In this document: positions 22,010 through 34,955 of the stretch, piece by piece | How positions within the stretch are numbered: position 1 is the stretch's first letter | How the letters are laid out: the number at the start of each line of letters is the position of its first letter | The notes under the pieces: model-generated | Databases searched by the model: none | What the model saw: the letters and a program-made list of their open reading frames with translations, nothing else | What the model was told of the DNA's origin: nothing | Assembly: GCF_001194135.2 (NCBI RefSeq) | Contig: NC_068999.1 | Location: 52,610,976 to 52,673,177, forward strand | Reading direction: 5' to 3' | DNA length: 62,202 bases | From: Octopus bimaculoides | Lineage: Eukaryota | Position numbers and translations under genes: made by a program

Positions 22010-22890
22010 AGGGTGTTCCAGAATGAACTATTTCAATGAAATCAGACAAATTAAGAAAAAAAAACAAAAAAACTGACAGAATTTTATGTTTATTACATAA
22101 TTATGACACCCAAACAAATAGATTTATAAATCTCATGTCAAAACTTTATTGAAGATTTTCAACATGTGCTCTGTCTGACTGGCACCCATGCCAACGTTGA
22201 CTCCTTCATTGGACACGAAACTCAGCTTGCGAAGACTTATTGAGGCAAGCGAAATCATGATGGCATCTGTGCTCAGCGTCGCCTTTCTGGCACTTGTGCC
22301 CGCGGCATGTGTAAGGACTTTCAAGCGAGATTATTGCCAGTGCCCCTGGACAGGCTCTTGTGCGGGTGGCACATAAAATACACCATTTTGAGCATGGCTG
22401 TTGCCAGTACCGCCTGACTGGCCTTCGTGCCAGTGGTACGTAAAAGCACCCACTACACTCGGAGTGGTTGGCGTTAGGAAGGGCATCCAGCTGTAGAAAC
22501 TCTGCCAAATCAGATTGGAGCCTGGTAGCCATCTGGTTTCACCAGTCCTCAGTCAAATCGTCCAACCCATGCTAGCATGAAAAGCGGACGTTAAACAATG
22601 ATGATGATGATCCTTAGCATTGTGAAATATACTTTGAAGCATTTCAGGAGTTATCTCCTGCATTGCTAACTGAATGCATTCTTTAAGTTCACCATGGAGA
22701 TGGAGGTAGAGAAAATGATTGTCGCCAAATTGAAAAATAGCTGTGGTGGACAGATAAGCAGTACCCAACAGGAATAAAAAAAATTTTTTTTAAATTATTA
22801 AAATTGTAAAATTATAAACCAAATTAAAAATTTATACACTTTTAACATATATTAAACATGATAAACATAAATAACTCTGGGACACTCTGC
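22010..22890 (-). mobile_element. Tc1/mariner-superfamily relic interrupted by an RTE tail (22276-22610)
   Basis: Inverted ends TAGGGTGTTCCAGAAT / ACTCTGGGACACTCTG. Minus strand reads LKECIQLAMQEITPEMLQSIFHN, typical of transposase C-termini. Confidence 0.55.
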
Positions 22891-23509
22891 ATACACACAA
22901 ATACATGCATCTTTCACTTTAAAACAAAAGTAAATATATAAAACAATTTTACAGAAATTAACTAACTTTGGATGACAGTTCTGAGAGTTAAAACGAAAGA
23001 TCGCCCGATTGAATTAGTCCCCAGCTTTTCTGTCTCCATATCTCCCACCCTCGTCTTTCCTAACTCACATACACACAAATACATGTGAAACCGTCTCTAT
23101 TTTAAGTAGAGGGCACAATTTGACTTTTTAGGCCAATCTAAGGGATATAACTCTGGAGAAACTAAATCCATTCCTTAGGTTGGCCCAGTTTTCCACCGTG
23201 ACTTGTTCGGAGGTTTTCTTTCCAAAACGTCCATTTACCAAAGAGCCCGAGCTATTATGTTTCGGTTCAGTCGTGTCTGATGAGTGTTTATTCTTACTTC
23301 GTAAGAATATTATCTCTGATGATGCTAAGTTAATTAAACTATAAAATAATACACCCACTTTATTATTTCATATTCGGGCGTACTTTCCCTCCTTGACTTG
23401 TGAAACTTCCTCAGAAACGAGGAAATAGTATTAGTGGGTCGAGCATATCTGATATAAGAATATCTGTGGTAAGTTCTCGGAGTGAAATAAAGGGTTTGAT
23501 TTTAAACTC

Positions 23510-24220
23510 TTATCGAACGAGACAGGTACCTGAAGGAAGTTGGAGGGTACAATGTTCGAAATGTTGGGAAAATAAACTAATTGATGACCGATCTAACGAT
23601 TCTCGCTCGTATCCCGTCAGTCTAGCCAACCTCCTAAGTTCGTTGGCAAATACGTCGACCTGTTCGCCAGTCCACTTCACTCTCCCCAGACGAGCGTACG
23701 CCTCAAACATTCCTTCTGCGAAGGCCTCCATCAAGCGGATTTCTATTATTTCCGCGCTAACTTGATCCCTCTCTTCCATCTCTAAAAATAGCGCCAACGC
23801 CGGACCATCTAAGTACAGTGGTAGAAAGCTTGCCTATCCCTTGGAGCTTCGCGACCAGCTTCATCTTTTTTAGTCACGCGACCACGTCCGTGTCACCGCA
23901 AAACGGTTTAATCATATCGCTCGAAATCCGGACTACACTCATAATTTCTTTTTTTTTTATGGGTCGAAATAGCTTGTGGTGTGATGGAGAAAAAAGACAA
24001 CAAAAAGCAAAAGGACAGAATGAAACGTTGGATCTTATCTTGTCGACCACGGCGGAGTAAACGATCGCTCCAGATCAAAACACGTCTTTCTCGTAAGCTG
24101 TCTGTCTTCTGACTGCTTCCATGTGCTGGCCTTCGACCGCGTGTGTCCAACCTCCGGTCTGGCTTCACTTCCATTTGCCTCATCTCTCTCCACCAACAAC
24201 ACACAGCCCATAACACCACA
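23510..24220 (-). mobile_element. Ty3/Gypsy-like relic: one 246-bp LTR (23975-24220) and frameshifted gag
   Basis: LTR ends TGTGGTGT...ACACCACA form an 8-bp inverted repeat. ATG at 23942 starts MSVVRISSDMIKPFCGDTDVVA*LKKMKLVAKLQ; after a frameshift it reads PLYLDGPALALFLEM..KWTGEQVDVFANELRRLARL. Confidence 0.78.
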
Positions 24221-24766
24221 AGATGGAAATAAGTATATACACACAAGGTTGATTCTAGATAAAATCGGATCATTTTTTTTTTTAAACGAACAAGTTTGAG
24301 CGATGGTGACTAGTGTCGATGTGCACATTCTTTGCAAAGAAAGACAATTTTGAACGTAGTGTAGTTTTTTCAAAACCCATAGCAAAACTTGAAAGGGACC
24401 ATTGGCTGTATTCACTTTTGTGTGATTGCTTTAATTCGTATTTTTATTCTACCTTTCTGAGCGGAACTCTTTGTTGATGTTGCCTAACCTTAGATCAGTC
24501 TCGATCCAACAAGTCTTTAATCAAAGGAGCTCCAGTAGGGACATTTGATAGTTTTTTTTAATAAACTGAACCATCTTCAAGGTTCCCTTCTTTGGATTGT
24601 GGATTCTTCAATATTCTGTGAAGTGAGAGCAGAATCGTGGGAAACTAAAACAAGGAAATACATGACGATTGAATTGTTAGATTGAGAAAGTGTGTACGTG
24701 TGCGCGCATGTAAATATAATTTGAGATAGTGTCCTGGTGATGCAGAGAGAGAGAGAGAGTGAGAGT

Positions 24767-25159
24767 GTGGAGGCGCAATGGCCCAACTGGTTAGGGCAGC
24801 AGACTCGCGGTCATAGGATCGCGGTTTCGATTCTCAGACCGGGTGTTGTGAGTGTTTATTGAGCGAAAACACCTAAAGCTCCACGAAGCTCTGGCAGGAG
24901 ATGGTGGCGAACCCTGCTGTACTCTTTCACCACAACTTTCTCTCACTCTTACTTCCTGTTTCTGTTGTGCCTGTAATTCAAAGTGTCAGCCTTGTCACAC
25001 TGTGTCACGCTGAATATCCCCGAGAACTACGTTAAGGGTACACGTGTCTGTGGAGTGCTCAGCCACTTGCACGTTAATATCACGAGCAGGCTGTTCCGTT
25101 GATCGGATCAACTGGAACCCTCAACGTCGTAAGCGACGGAGTGCCAAGCCAACAACAAC
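24767..25159 (+). mobile_element. Young tRNA-derived SINE just upstream of FIS1 exon 1
   Basis: Reverse complement of the copies at 14771 and 18912. Has an (AAC)n tail and sits in a GA microsatellite. Confidence 0.88.
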
Positions 25160-25427
25160 GATGCAGTGAGAGAGAGATAGAGAGAGGGAGTGAGAGAGAC
25201 AGAGACAATACGTGTGCGCTGTGTGTGAGACTTACACAGCATGAGAGAAAGCGAGAGGGGAAGTCGAAGCGAGTGTGTGCGTGTAAGGGTGTTTTGGACA
25301 CACACACACTGATACACAACAGACACACAAACATACCTACACACATCGAAAGAGGGGAAGGGAGAGAAAGCTAAGGAAGGGAAATCACTCTTCTATTCAC
25401 GGAGGAGTCCACTTTATAGTATCTATC

Positions 25428-25478
25428 ATGGATGCCGAAGCTATCATTTCTGATTATGTTTCTCCTGAGGATTTGAAG
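25428..25478 (+). CDS. FIS1: Mitochondrial fission protein 1, exon 1
   Basis: MDAEAIISDYVSPEDLK resembles the Fis1 N-terminus (MEAVLNELVSVEDLL). Donor AAG|GTCTGT, phase 0, matching exon 2. Confidence 0.8.
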
Positions 25479-28400
25479 GTCTGTCTTATATATGACTCCT
25501 CTTATTGTCTACCGTTCTCATTTCTCGCTATCCTTATTTATTATTCTATAATATTAATAATAATGTTATTATTGCTGTTGTCCTTCGTCCACTTCTATTG
25601 ACTTTCATTGTTATTTATGTGGAGGTCGTACTTCCCTGACACTCGATCTTGTGTCTTGCTTCATCTGGTCAGCCCTCATTTTTTGTATAGACCGTAATTA
25701 TCTCATCTGGTGTCTCTCCTCTTTTCTTAAAAGACGGCAGGGGATGTTGATTTGCAGAAGGTTTCGACTACTGCTTCAAAATACATTGAAATATAACTAA
25801 GGAATATCTAAAATATTGATACGCTGTCAATGTAACTAAATGGAGTCGTTAATTAACGAAGATAGTAAAACTTAAGTTTTCATTACAAAAAAGGTCACCG
25901 AATCATCTTTAGTTTTTCTGATAAATTCTGTTAAAGGAGATCTTTGATAATTATAACGTACTACTTTCATGCCTTTATGCTAACCTTTGTTTATAACGTG
26001 CCACTTTCACTTTGCCATATACAGTTTTGTATGACAGCTTGCCGTAGAATTTAATTTAAATACTGTACTACGACCAGTTTGTTTGTACATAGAGGGATAT
26101 TTTTTGGGTGCTATCAAGAATTACTTTTTGTTGTTCATTTTTGGGTTGTTGTTAGTAAGAAGCTGCGATTTGCATCGAGCAAACTGCATCGAGACATCAT
26201 TGGGGAGTATAAAAATACTAGAAATTGTTCACCGTAATAATAATAATAATAATGATGATGATGATGATGATGATAATGATGTTTCTATCCAGTATCGCAT
26301 TTTGGGCGATTCTTGAATCTCTTAATATTTACGATGACTTTTTCAACAGTTAACTAATCTAAAAAAAAAAAAAACAAGAAAACAAAACAAAACAAGAAGA
26401 CTGCATTTAATTACTTTTGTTTAATCATTCAGGTGCTGCAAATAACATTATGTTTCAATAATTAAAAACCTTGTACTATGGTGGATTTCAATTAATATTT
26501 CAAATGTAATTCATCGGAACATACGCGTACTTAATGCTTTGTACGAAATCATATCAGTACTTAGTTTCTCGTTTGTCTACATTATCTATTTCTCTCTTTC
26601 TGGACTTAATTTGAGAAGAAAAAGAAAAAAACCCCATAATAGTTTTTATCTATATCTTTCTTACATCCGCTTTTTATTACAGGATTATGAAATATCAAAT
26701 ATAATTTACATTCGCACAAATATTTTCTATTCGATAATATTATTGTCAACAGTTTGTCATAGTTTTTGCATTTCCTAACCTAATGGCAATCGCATAAAAT
26801 CCCTCAAATATGGTAACAATTATAGATTTTAAATTTATGAATCAACACTAATAATATTTTACTGGTATTTTACCGTATCGGTCTTCTCCGGTGGAATGAA
26901 ACATGTTTTTTTAATGCGACGCTCCGATATTTGAACACTCTCCGGTATACTGATCGGAGGACAACGGTAGAATAAAAAAGTAAAAACGAAATTAATTATG
27001 GACATGTAAGTACTTCCAGTGTTAGTTGCAATCTTCCTTCAATTACATGGAAGGCTTAGACCGGACATTGTTTGCGAACAGTCGGAACTATGACTTAGCT
27101 AATTCTTTTTTTTTTCTACGCCTCTTACTACGTCCTTTGCAAATCGGAACGGTTTTCCTGTTGATCTGGGGTGTTTAGATTCGATTGATATACTTATACA
27201 GAGGCACTAAGCGACTGTTATTCTACAATTTCTAGATCTTCTGCCTTTTGTGCTTTTCATTACGATTCCATTCTAATGTAGACAGCTTTATAAGGATGCA
27301 CAAGATTTTAGTGTATATGTTCTCTCCGCTACTCGGGTTTAATTCACAAGTTTCCAAGTTTATGTGTGTGTGGAATGGGCGTAAATGAGGAATCATTCAC
27401 AGAAGTGATCGTTCTTTGATGCATATTGAACTCTAAATCAATTCTATTTTCACGTTTCTGTCCAGTCTTACGTTTTCTGTTGTTGTTTACTCCCCTCCTC
27501 CGCAAGTCTTTGGTCCAAGGCGTTCCCAGAGATGACCATCTCATCATTTACTCAGTCAACGTGCATCCAGAAACATCCTTTCCCTTTTAATTGCAACAGC
27601 GTGTGCCCTGAGGGGGGATTTGGTTGCTGTTTCTAGCGGGTCAAGCAACTTTATAGAGAGCTCTTTCTTACCGAGCTAAACTGCATTAATCGTTAAATTC
27701 ATTATAAGTTATCGTTTATTCTTCTATTTCAGCTCGTATCTTTTGTCATCAAGTCCAGTCACACAGTAGTTTCATTTGAAGTGTCTGCATTTCATATCCT
27801 GTCTAGGATAGGACAAGTTATGTTCCATGTTGTGCGAGAACAAAACAATTTGGATTTTTCAATATCGATCGAGCACACTGAAGATCAATAAGAGAGAGAG
27901 AGAAGGGAAGAAGTGTGTGTGTTACAGTGAATTAAATGAATTAACAATCTTAATAAAATTCGTTAAGTATTTTTTTCCATTCACGTCTAGGATATTTTTA
28001 TAGGAGTATACTAATTTTTAAAGCACACCGTCTGTCCACTACTTGCTTTTAACTCCTATCGTTAATGTGGATGTTTGACTTAATCTGTCGCTTGGTCTGT
28101 CTAACATTTATCACCAGGCACTTCGGGTATCTTTAACCGTTGTTAACACCCAGCAGGCTGTTATTTTTTTGTGTGTGTTTTCGTTAATGGGTGAGGATCT
28201 TTATATTGACCGATTCTATTCTGTTGCAAACATTCGACCAGGTCACTGCTTTAGACATCCCTTTGTCCCTCCCTTCCATGAGTCTCGGAGGCCTTGCAGG
28301 AGGTCATGGCACGGCTTTCAGGAAAACAAAGCATGAACTCGGCGAAAATCGGCATTAGCCGGAAACTGAGCGCCAAAATGAATCTGAACTCTGATAGCGA

Positions 28401-28758
28401 TACTACAGACCAATACCGAAGGATCAGCATATAGGCGATATATATATATATANNNNNNNNNNNNNNNNNNNNNNNNNNNNNNNNNNNNNNNNNNNNNNNN
28501 NNNNNNNNNNNNNNNNNNNNNNNNNNNNNNNNNNNNNNNNNNNNNNNNNNNNNNNNNNNNNNNNNNNNNNNNNNNNNNNNNNNNNNNNNNNNNNNNNNNN
28601 NNNNNNNNNNNNNNNNNNNNNNNNNNNNNNNNNNNNNNNNNNNNNNNNNNNNNNNNNNNNNNNNNNNNNNNNNNNNNNNNNNNNNNNNNNNNNNNNNNNN
28701 NNNNNNNNNNNNNNNNNNNNNNNNNNNNNNNNNNNNNNNNNNNNNNNNNNNNNNNNNN

Positions 28759-28794
<36 letters not shown>

Positions 28795-30769
28795 TTCAGT
28801 GAGATACGTAGAAAAGCGGTGCCGCCCGCAAGTCACATGATTGTAGTGTGATTCATAGAAACAGCTTGATAAGAAAAGATAAAAGGATATAAGTACTCAG
28901 TCATGTTTTCAAAACACGTTGCCTACCTATCTGTTTTGCTTGGCTGTGTCGTCAAGAGGTTCGCTACTCATCCGCGTTGGTTTCAGGTTCAGTTCCACTG
29001 CGTCGTACCTTGGGTACGTGCCTGTTACTATATCCACTAGCTGACCAATGCTTTGTGAATGAATTTGGTAGTAACTGTGTGGAAGCCTGTCGTGTGTATG
29101 AGTGTGTGCGTGTATTCTTTTACGGTTGGACAACAGGTGGTGTGTGTGTGTGTGCGTTTTTGTGTTCCTGTGCAGTTGGACAGCTGCTGGTGGTGGAGTG
29201 TGTGTGTGTGTGTATTTGTTCCTCTACTGTTTTATAACCGCTGTTGGTTTGTTTGCGTCTCAGTAACTTGATGTCTCTGACATAACTACATTAACAGAAA
29301 AACGAGCAAATTTAAAATAAGTATTAAAGTCGATTTGTTTACTGTACTTCTCAAGTCGGTGCTCCAGTATGGCCGCAGTTCAATGACTGAGACACCTTGT
29401 CTCCAAAATAGAAGAATACACAAAACAGCCTACGGATAATGACCTTCTAATTCCTATTCACTTTGATGAAGTACACACAAGTATGGCTGTGTGGTTAAGA
29501 AGCTTGCTTCTGAACAATCTGGTCTTGGGTTCAATCCCATTATGCTATTCTTCACATATAATTCTCTCTGCCTACCTAACTACTTATGTGGCCGTGTGGT
29601 TAAGAAGCTTACCTCTGAACAATCTGGTCTTGGATTCAGTCCTATTGTGCTGTTCTTCACATATAATTCTGTCTGCTTACCTGTGCAACATGTTGAGCAA
29701 GTATCTTCTGTAGTCCTGGGCTGAACAGTGACTTTTGAGTGAATTTGGTAGAAGGAGGAAACTGTGGAAACCTTTTACTTTTTTCAGTTATTAGAGTACA
29801 GCCATGCTGGGGGTACTGTTTTGAAGAATGAATTGACCTCAGTACTTATTTTATTTTTTAAGCCTAGTACTTGTTCTATCAGTCTCAAACCAACCCACAT
29901 CATGATTAAATATACATGTTGAACTGTTAGTGTTTGTTTCTCCAGAAAATTCAATGATGTTTGTGTTTTGAATACATCCTGTTGTTCTGGTTTCTGTTTG
30001 TATTTTCATTGTGTTTATGGCTGTGATATGAAAGAATTGCCAAAATCGTTGCTATTTGTTTTAATGACAACAACAGCAGACCAAAGAGTGAGTGCCTATG
30101 TGGGTCACTCGATCTGCTATTTATAACGATTAAATTGGCATTACTGCATGGTACAGGGCTCATCCGTTTACTGTTATTATTGGGTACGTTAAGGTGATGA
30201 GCTAACAGACACAATGTGTCAGAATAAATACTTAACAGCATTTCTTACAGCTCTTTACATTCTGAGTTCAAATAGTACTGAGGTCAACTTTACCTTGTTA
30301 ACAAGCAGTTTACTGTTGTAAAAAAGTGCCACTCAGTCATGTCTGCACTTGTATTTAAAATAGCATGAAAAACTGTACATATATTTTATCTAAGATGTAA
30401 ACAATCACACTTCTCTGGTTTTCATTGCTGGGCATGGTACATTGGAACGGTGTACCTCAGCTGCTGCTTCTGAAATATTTGATATATCACCAAAAGGTAC
30501 TATTTATATGAGTGGAGGCATGGTTTAGTGGTTAGGGGTGTTGGACTCATGATTGTAAGATTGTGGTTTTGATTCCTGGACCGGGCGACGCATGTTCTTG
30601 ACCAAAACACTTCATTTCACATTGCTCCAGTCCACTTAACTGGCAAAAATGAGTAATCCTGCAACAGACTAGTGTCCTGTCCAGGTGGGGAATGTATATC
30701 AGGTCATTAAGAATGAAATGTCTGATTTTGAACTGAAAGTTTTATTTTACTTTATCTGAACAAAAAGCA

Positions 30770-31240
30770 ATGCAGTTTGTGGGGTGGAAAAGAGATCAAG
30801 GTTGCTTGGAATGTCAAGGATGCATGTAGAGGCTGAAACCAGTTGTTGTAGAGAGTTAAGAATGGTATAAAAGATTTGGTATCTGCACCAGCAGCATTAA
30901 TATGGGATGAGTGTCAGAGCCGGGAGAGATGTGAACAGTGAGGTCAGCGAGAATGATAACTTCAGAGAGAGATAAAGTGAAACAGAAGAGCAGTAGAAGA
31001 ATTAAATGTCTTTAGAAGAGGAGGGGAGGATGACTTTGAACCAGGGTAGCTGGAAGTCTTTGATGCTAATATCCAGTTGAGAGTGATGAGTGGTTGGGTG
31101 AGTGGAATTTGCATATGTGGAGATACCACATTTGAGAATGAAGTATGGAGTGTAGTCTGGAGAGCAGAGTTGGGTTATAGATAAGGGGTTGAGAGGTTTA
31201 TGACTAGGAGAGGAACATGAACTGTGGTTTCACAATTGTT
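30770..31240 (-). mobile_element. LINE apurinic-like endonuclease relic
   Basis: Minus-strand fragments HSQLDI, VIILADLTVH, QQLV..SNLDLFS. Heavily degraded. Confidence 0.5.
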
Positions 31241-34200
31241 TCAGAAAAGGAGTGAAGAGAGCTGTATTTTATTTATTTGATACTTCATAAGATTTTTTTT
31301 TTCATTTGGGTTGGGGGAGGGGGAGGAGGACATCACAACTCTTACAATTGTTCTTAATCACTACTGTAATTTTTATAAGTAGCACATTTGGATGTCAGTG
31401 GCTTTTGGTGGGCCTCTCAAAATCTCATGTTTGCTGGAGCATCAGTCATTAATTGTAGAGTGGAGGAAGATACCAGATTATGAATTATGTTGTAGAACAG
31501 CCTCCCCAGATGTTACCCACAGATCCAAGACCTTTTCTTTATTATCAATCAGCAGACCTCTGCTGGGAAATGTTTTCAGCTTGTACCCCCGCTGAAAACT
31601 TGTGGTGTCATGCATAGGAAAGTAAGTACAGTGGATATTAGTTCATTGTGAGGATGATATGCCACTATATAAAGCATGGTCCAAATGCTTTTAACAGTGA
31701 ACTCCTTTTAAGGTACTCGTAGAACAGGAGTTGTTATTGCTTTGGGATAGTAACATATATTGGGCCTATTAGCCCCTCCTAAAATAGTGGGAGCATGGTG
31801 TTTTATTGTATCGCTTTAACTATGGTGTTTGTCCTAGTAGGCTCTGATTCATCTCTTACCAATTATTGTCATTAGCATGTTCAAGAAACCAAAGCTTCTA
31901 GACCTGCTGCTTTCACTGTGGTTGTAGAATTCCTGTCATTTCTAAGATGGTTTGCTGGTTGTAAGCTGAACAATGTAGCAGGGAACATTCAGAGGAAAGA
32001 GAGAGAGAGAGTACTGGAAGAACTGGGTCAATTGAGCCATTAATGTACAGTGTTTAAAAGAAACAGGACATTCAGAAAATTATATGATATTATTATTATA
32101 TGATACTATTATTATTGTATTATGAAGTATTCTTCAATTACATAAGTGATTGCGAAGATTAAACTGTATACATTAATGTGATAAGAGGAGAACAAAGTGT
32201 GTAAACAGAAACAATCCTGTAATGGTTGGTTGTAGCAAAGAGGCTATTTCATTGTTTTCAGAATGAAGCAAGGAAAGAGACGAAATACCACTAAGCATTT
32301 CGCCCGGCGTACTAACGTTTCTGCCAGCTCGCCGCCTTAAATGAGGTCAAAGAAACTGAGAGCACAATGAACCCCCATGAATGAGGCAGCAGTGTATTGC
32401 AGGGTTAACCTCCAACTGTAGCTGGTACTTATTTTCAGTTGAATGAACTGAAATGAAGTGTCTTGCTCAAGGACAATGTACTGCCCAGTCTTAGAACTGA
32501 ACCTACAACCTACTATGAGCCCAGCACCCTAACCACTAGGCCACACACCATTACATATAGGGATGTAAACAAACCAACACCAGTTGTCAAGTGGTGGTGG
32601 TGGGGAGACAAACATACATGCACGCACACACACACACGCACACACACACATATATGACGGTCTTCTCTCAGTTTCTGCCTACCAAATCCACACACAAGGT
32701 TTTGGTTGGCCCAAGGCTATAGTAGAAGACACTTGCCTAAGGTGTGCCATGCATTGGGACTAAACCCAGAACTATGTGGTCAAAAGCAAGCTTATCACAC
32801 AGCCACGTCTGCCATCAACTCCAATACTTGACTAGTACTTTATTTTATTGACTCTATAAAAATAAAGGACAAAGTTGACCTCAGCAGGACTTGATCTAAG
32901 AATGCAAGCAACTGGAAGAAATACTTGTTATTTTTCCTGCTACCTTGCGAACCTACTGATGGTTTCAATTTTTTACACAAGGGTAATTATTTTTGGGAAG
33001 GTAAATAGTTGATCACATTGACCCCAATTCTCAGTTGGTACTTTATTTTATCGACTCCAAAAGGATGAAAGGAAAAGTTGATCTTGACCGAATTTGAACT
33101 CAGTACAGAAAGAGCTGAAGAAATGTTGCTAAGTGTTTTGTCCAATGTACTGACAGTTCTGTCAGCTCACCACCTAGTTTAGGTACAAGGCTAGCAGTTT
33201 TGAAAGGAAGTGTTTAGTCAGTACCATTAACCCGAGTAGTACTTGATTGGTATTTTATATTATTGATCTTAGCGGGATGAAAGGTAAAGTTAATATTGGC
33301 TGTATTTGAACTTAGAACATGAACAGTTGGAATAAATATGGCAGGTCCAATGGTCGAACGATTCTACCACTCCACCACTTTAATCTCCTATGTGTGTGTG
33401 TGTGTGTGTAAATAAAAATCTTTATTGAGGTTGTTAGTATTTTAAAGTTAGCTGAAGGATACCAGTAGAGCATTACTGGAGGTATGACTCAATACTGAGA
33501 ATAAACTCAAGTTTACTGTAAATTTTGTGTTGACTGAGATTATACATCATCATCATCGTCATCATCATAATACCCCCTTTTCCATGCTTGCAGGGGTCAG
33601 ACAGAATTTTATTGTGACAGATTTTCTATGTACAGATGCCCTTCCTGTCACCAATCCTTGCCTGTTTCCAAGCGAAATAATATCTTCTCATAGCTATACA
33701 TGTTTTTTATGGAAGACTGGAACTGAACAAACTTTGCTTGTATCACAACAACGACTATGGCTATGCTAGGGCACTACTTTCAAGGGTTTTTGTTGACTAT
33801 ATCCAGCACGTTACTTTGTCTTGTACTTATTTAATTGATCTTGTAAAGGACAAAAGCCAAGGCCACCTTGGCATAAAAGGACAAAACTTGGACTGAAAGA
33901 AATAGGGTATTTTTTGTTTGACACACTGATTTTGTTCATCCTTTACTGATGAATACACACACACACACACACACTTCCACCGACCTTCTTTCACCAAATT
34001 TCACACACAAAGCTTTCTTTGACGCAAAGCAGAAGACATTTTCTCCAAGGTGCTACACAGTGGGACAGAACCCAGAACCTTGTATTGTAAAGTGAACTTC
34101 TAAACCACCCATACATCCATGGTTACAGTTACAAATAAAACATAAAAGTAGGAAAAAAACCCAGAAAGAATTGCAGGAAATCAAAAAAGCAGGATTTGCA

Positions 34201-34822
34201 AAACAGTAAAAGTCACAGGAGAAATATAAGTATTCATTTGTTGTGTATGTAACTTGGCAATTATTCCTTGATTGAAAATCATATAATTAACATTGGGTAG
34301 TGTAGTAACTAAACAGTCTATTATATAACAACAATCAGTCTATTATCATAGAGAACTGTCTGTTATAATAGCAAGGTGTCAACAGCATTGCTCACTGTAC
34401 GCATTTAATTATACTCTGTTGTCAGAGATGATTGTAGTCTTGTTCAGTGTTTTCGCTATTTGATTAGCTTAATATAATCAAAATCACCAGGATCGAAAGG
34501 ACTGATAACAAGACGTGGGGGAGCCTCTAGGTGATCACATCACCTGACCTGCTAGAAACAACACCCCAATAGCCTTTGAATCACACCCTGCCTGTGTTAG
34601 AATGGGGGTAGCTGATGAAGGAAAATGTTCTCTATGTGGCCTGTGTGTTTTCTGTACTCTGGTTATTATTATTTTTTTGGTCTACGTTTTGTTTGCAATG
34701 TCCTGTACCCAGATATGCACCTATATATACAAGTAGATGTAGGTATATAATTAGTAAAAGGATAAAAAGAAATTATATAGTTGGTGTAACTAATCATGTT
34801 TTTTTGCTGGTTCTGTTTTCAG

Positions 34823-34955
34823 AAGTATGAACAGCTGTATCTCAGTCAAGAGAAGCGAGGAGTGATCCACGAAAGCACCTACTTTGATTATGCTCTCTGT
34901 TTAATTCGGAGCAAATATTCAAACGACATTCGGAAAGGAATAGCATTTCTTCAAG
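34823..34955 (+). CDS. FIS1: FIS1 exon 2 (133 nt)
   Basis: TTCTGTTTTCAG acceptor. Encodes KYEQLY..STYFDYALCLIRSKYSNDIRKGIAFLQ (Fis1 TPR N-helix signature). Donor G|GTGAGT. Confidence 0.95.

Noticed and set aside
23128-23500. Short ORFs between the gag relic and 23.1 kb, considered as a divergent gene's first exon
   Set aside because: No recognisable protein similarity and no downstream minus-strand exons found between 16 and 23 kb.
28200-28930. GC-richer patch around a gap with GTCACATGA and GCCGCCCGC motifs, considered as an alternative FIS1 promoter or RNA gene
   Set aside because: No in-frame exon with a donor matching exon 2, no recognisable RNA fold, and the gap prevents assessment.
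29483-29690. Two ~105-bp tandem units
   Set aside because: This is a local duplication of a degenerate SINE head, which is ordinary repeat turnover.
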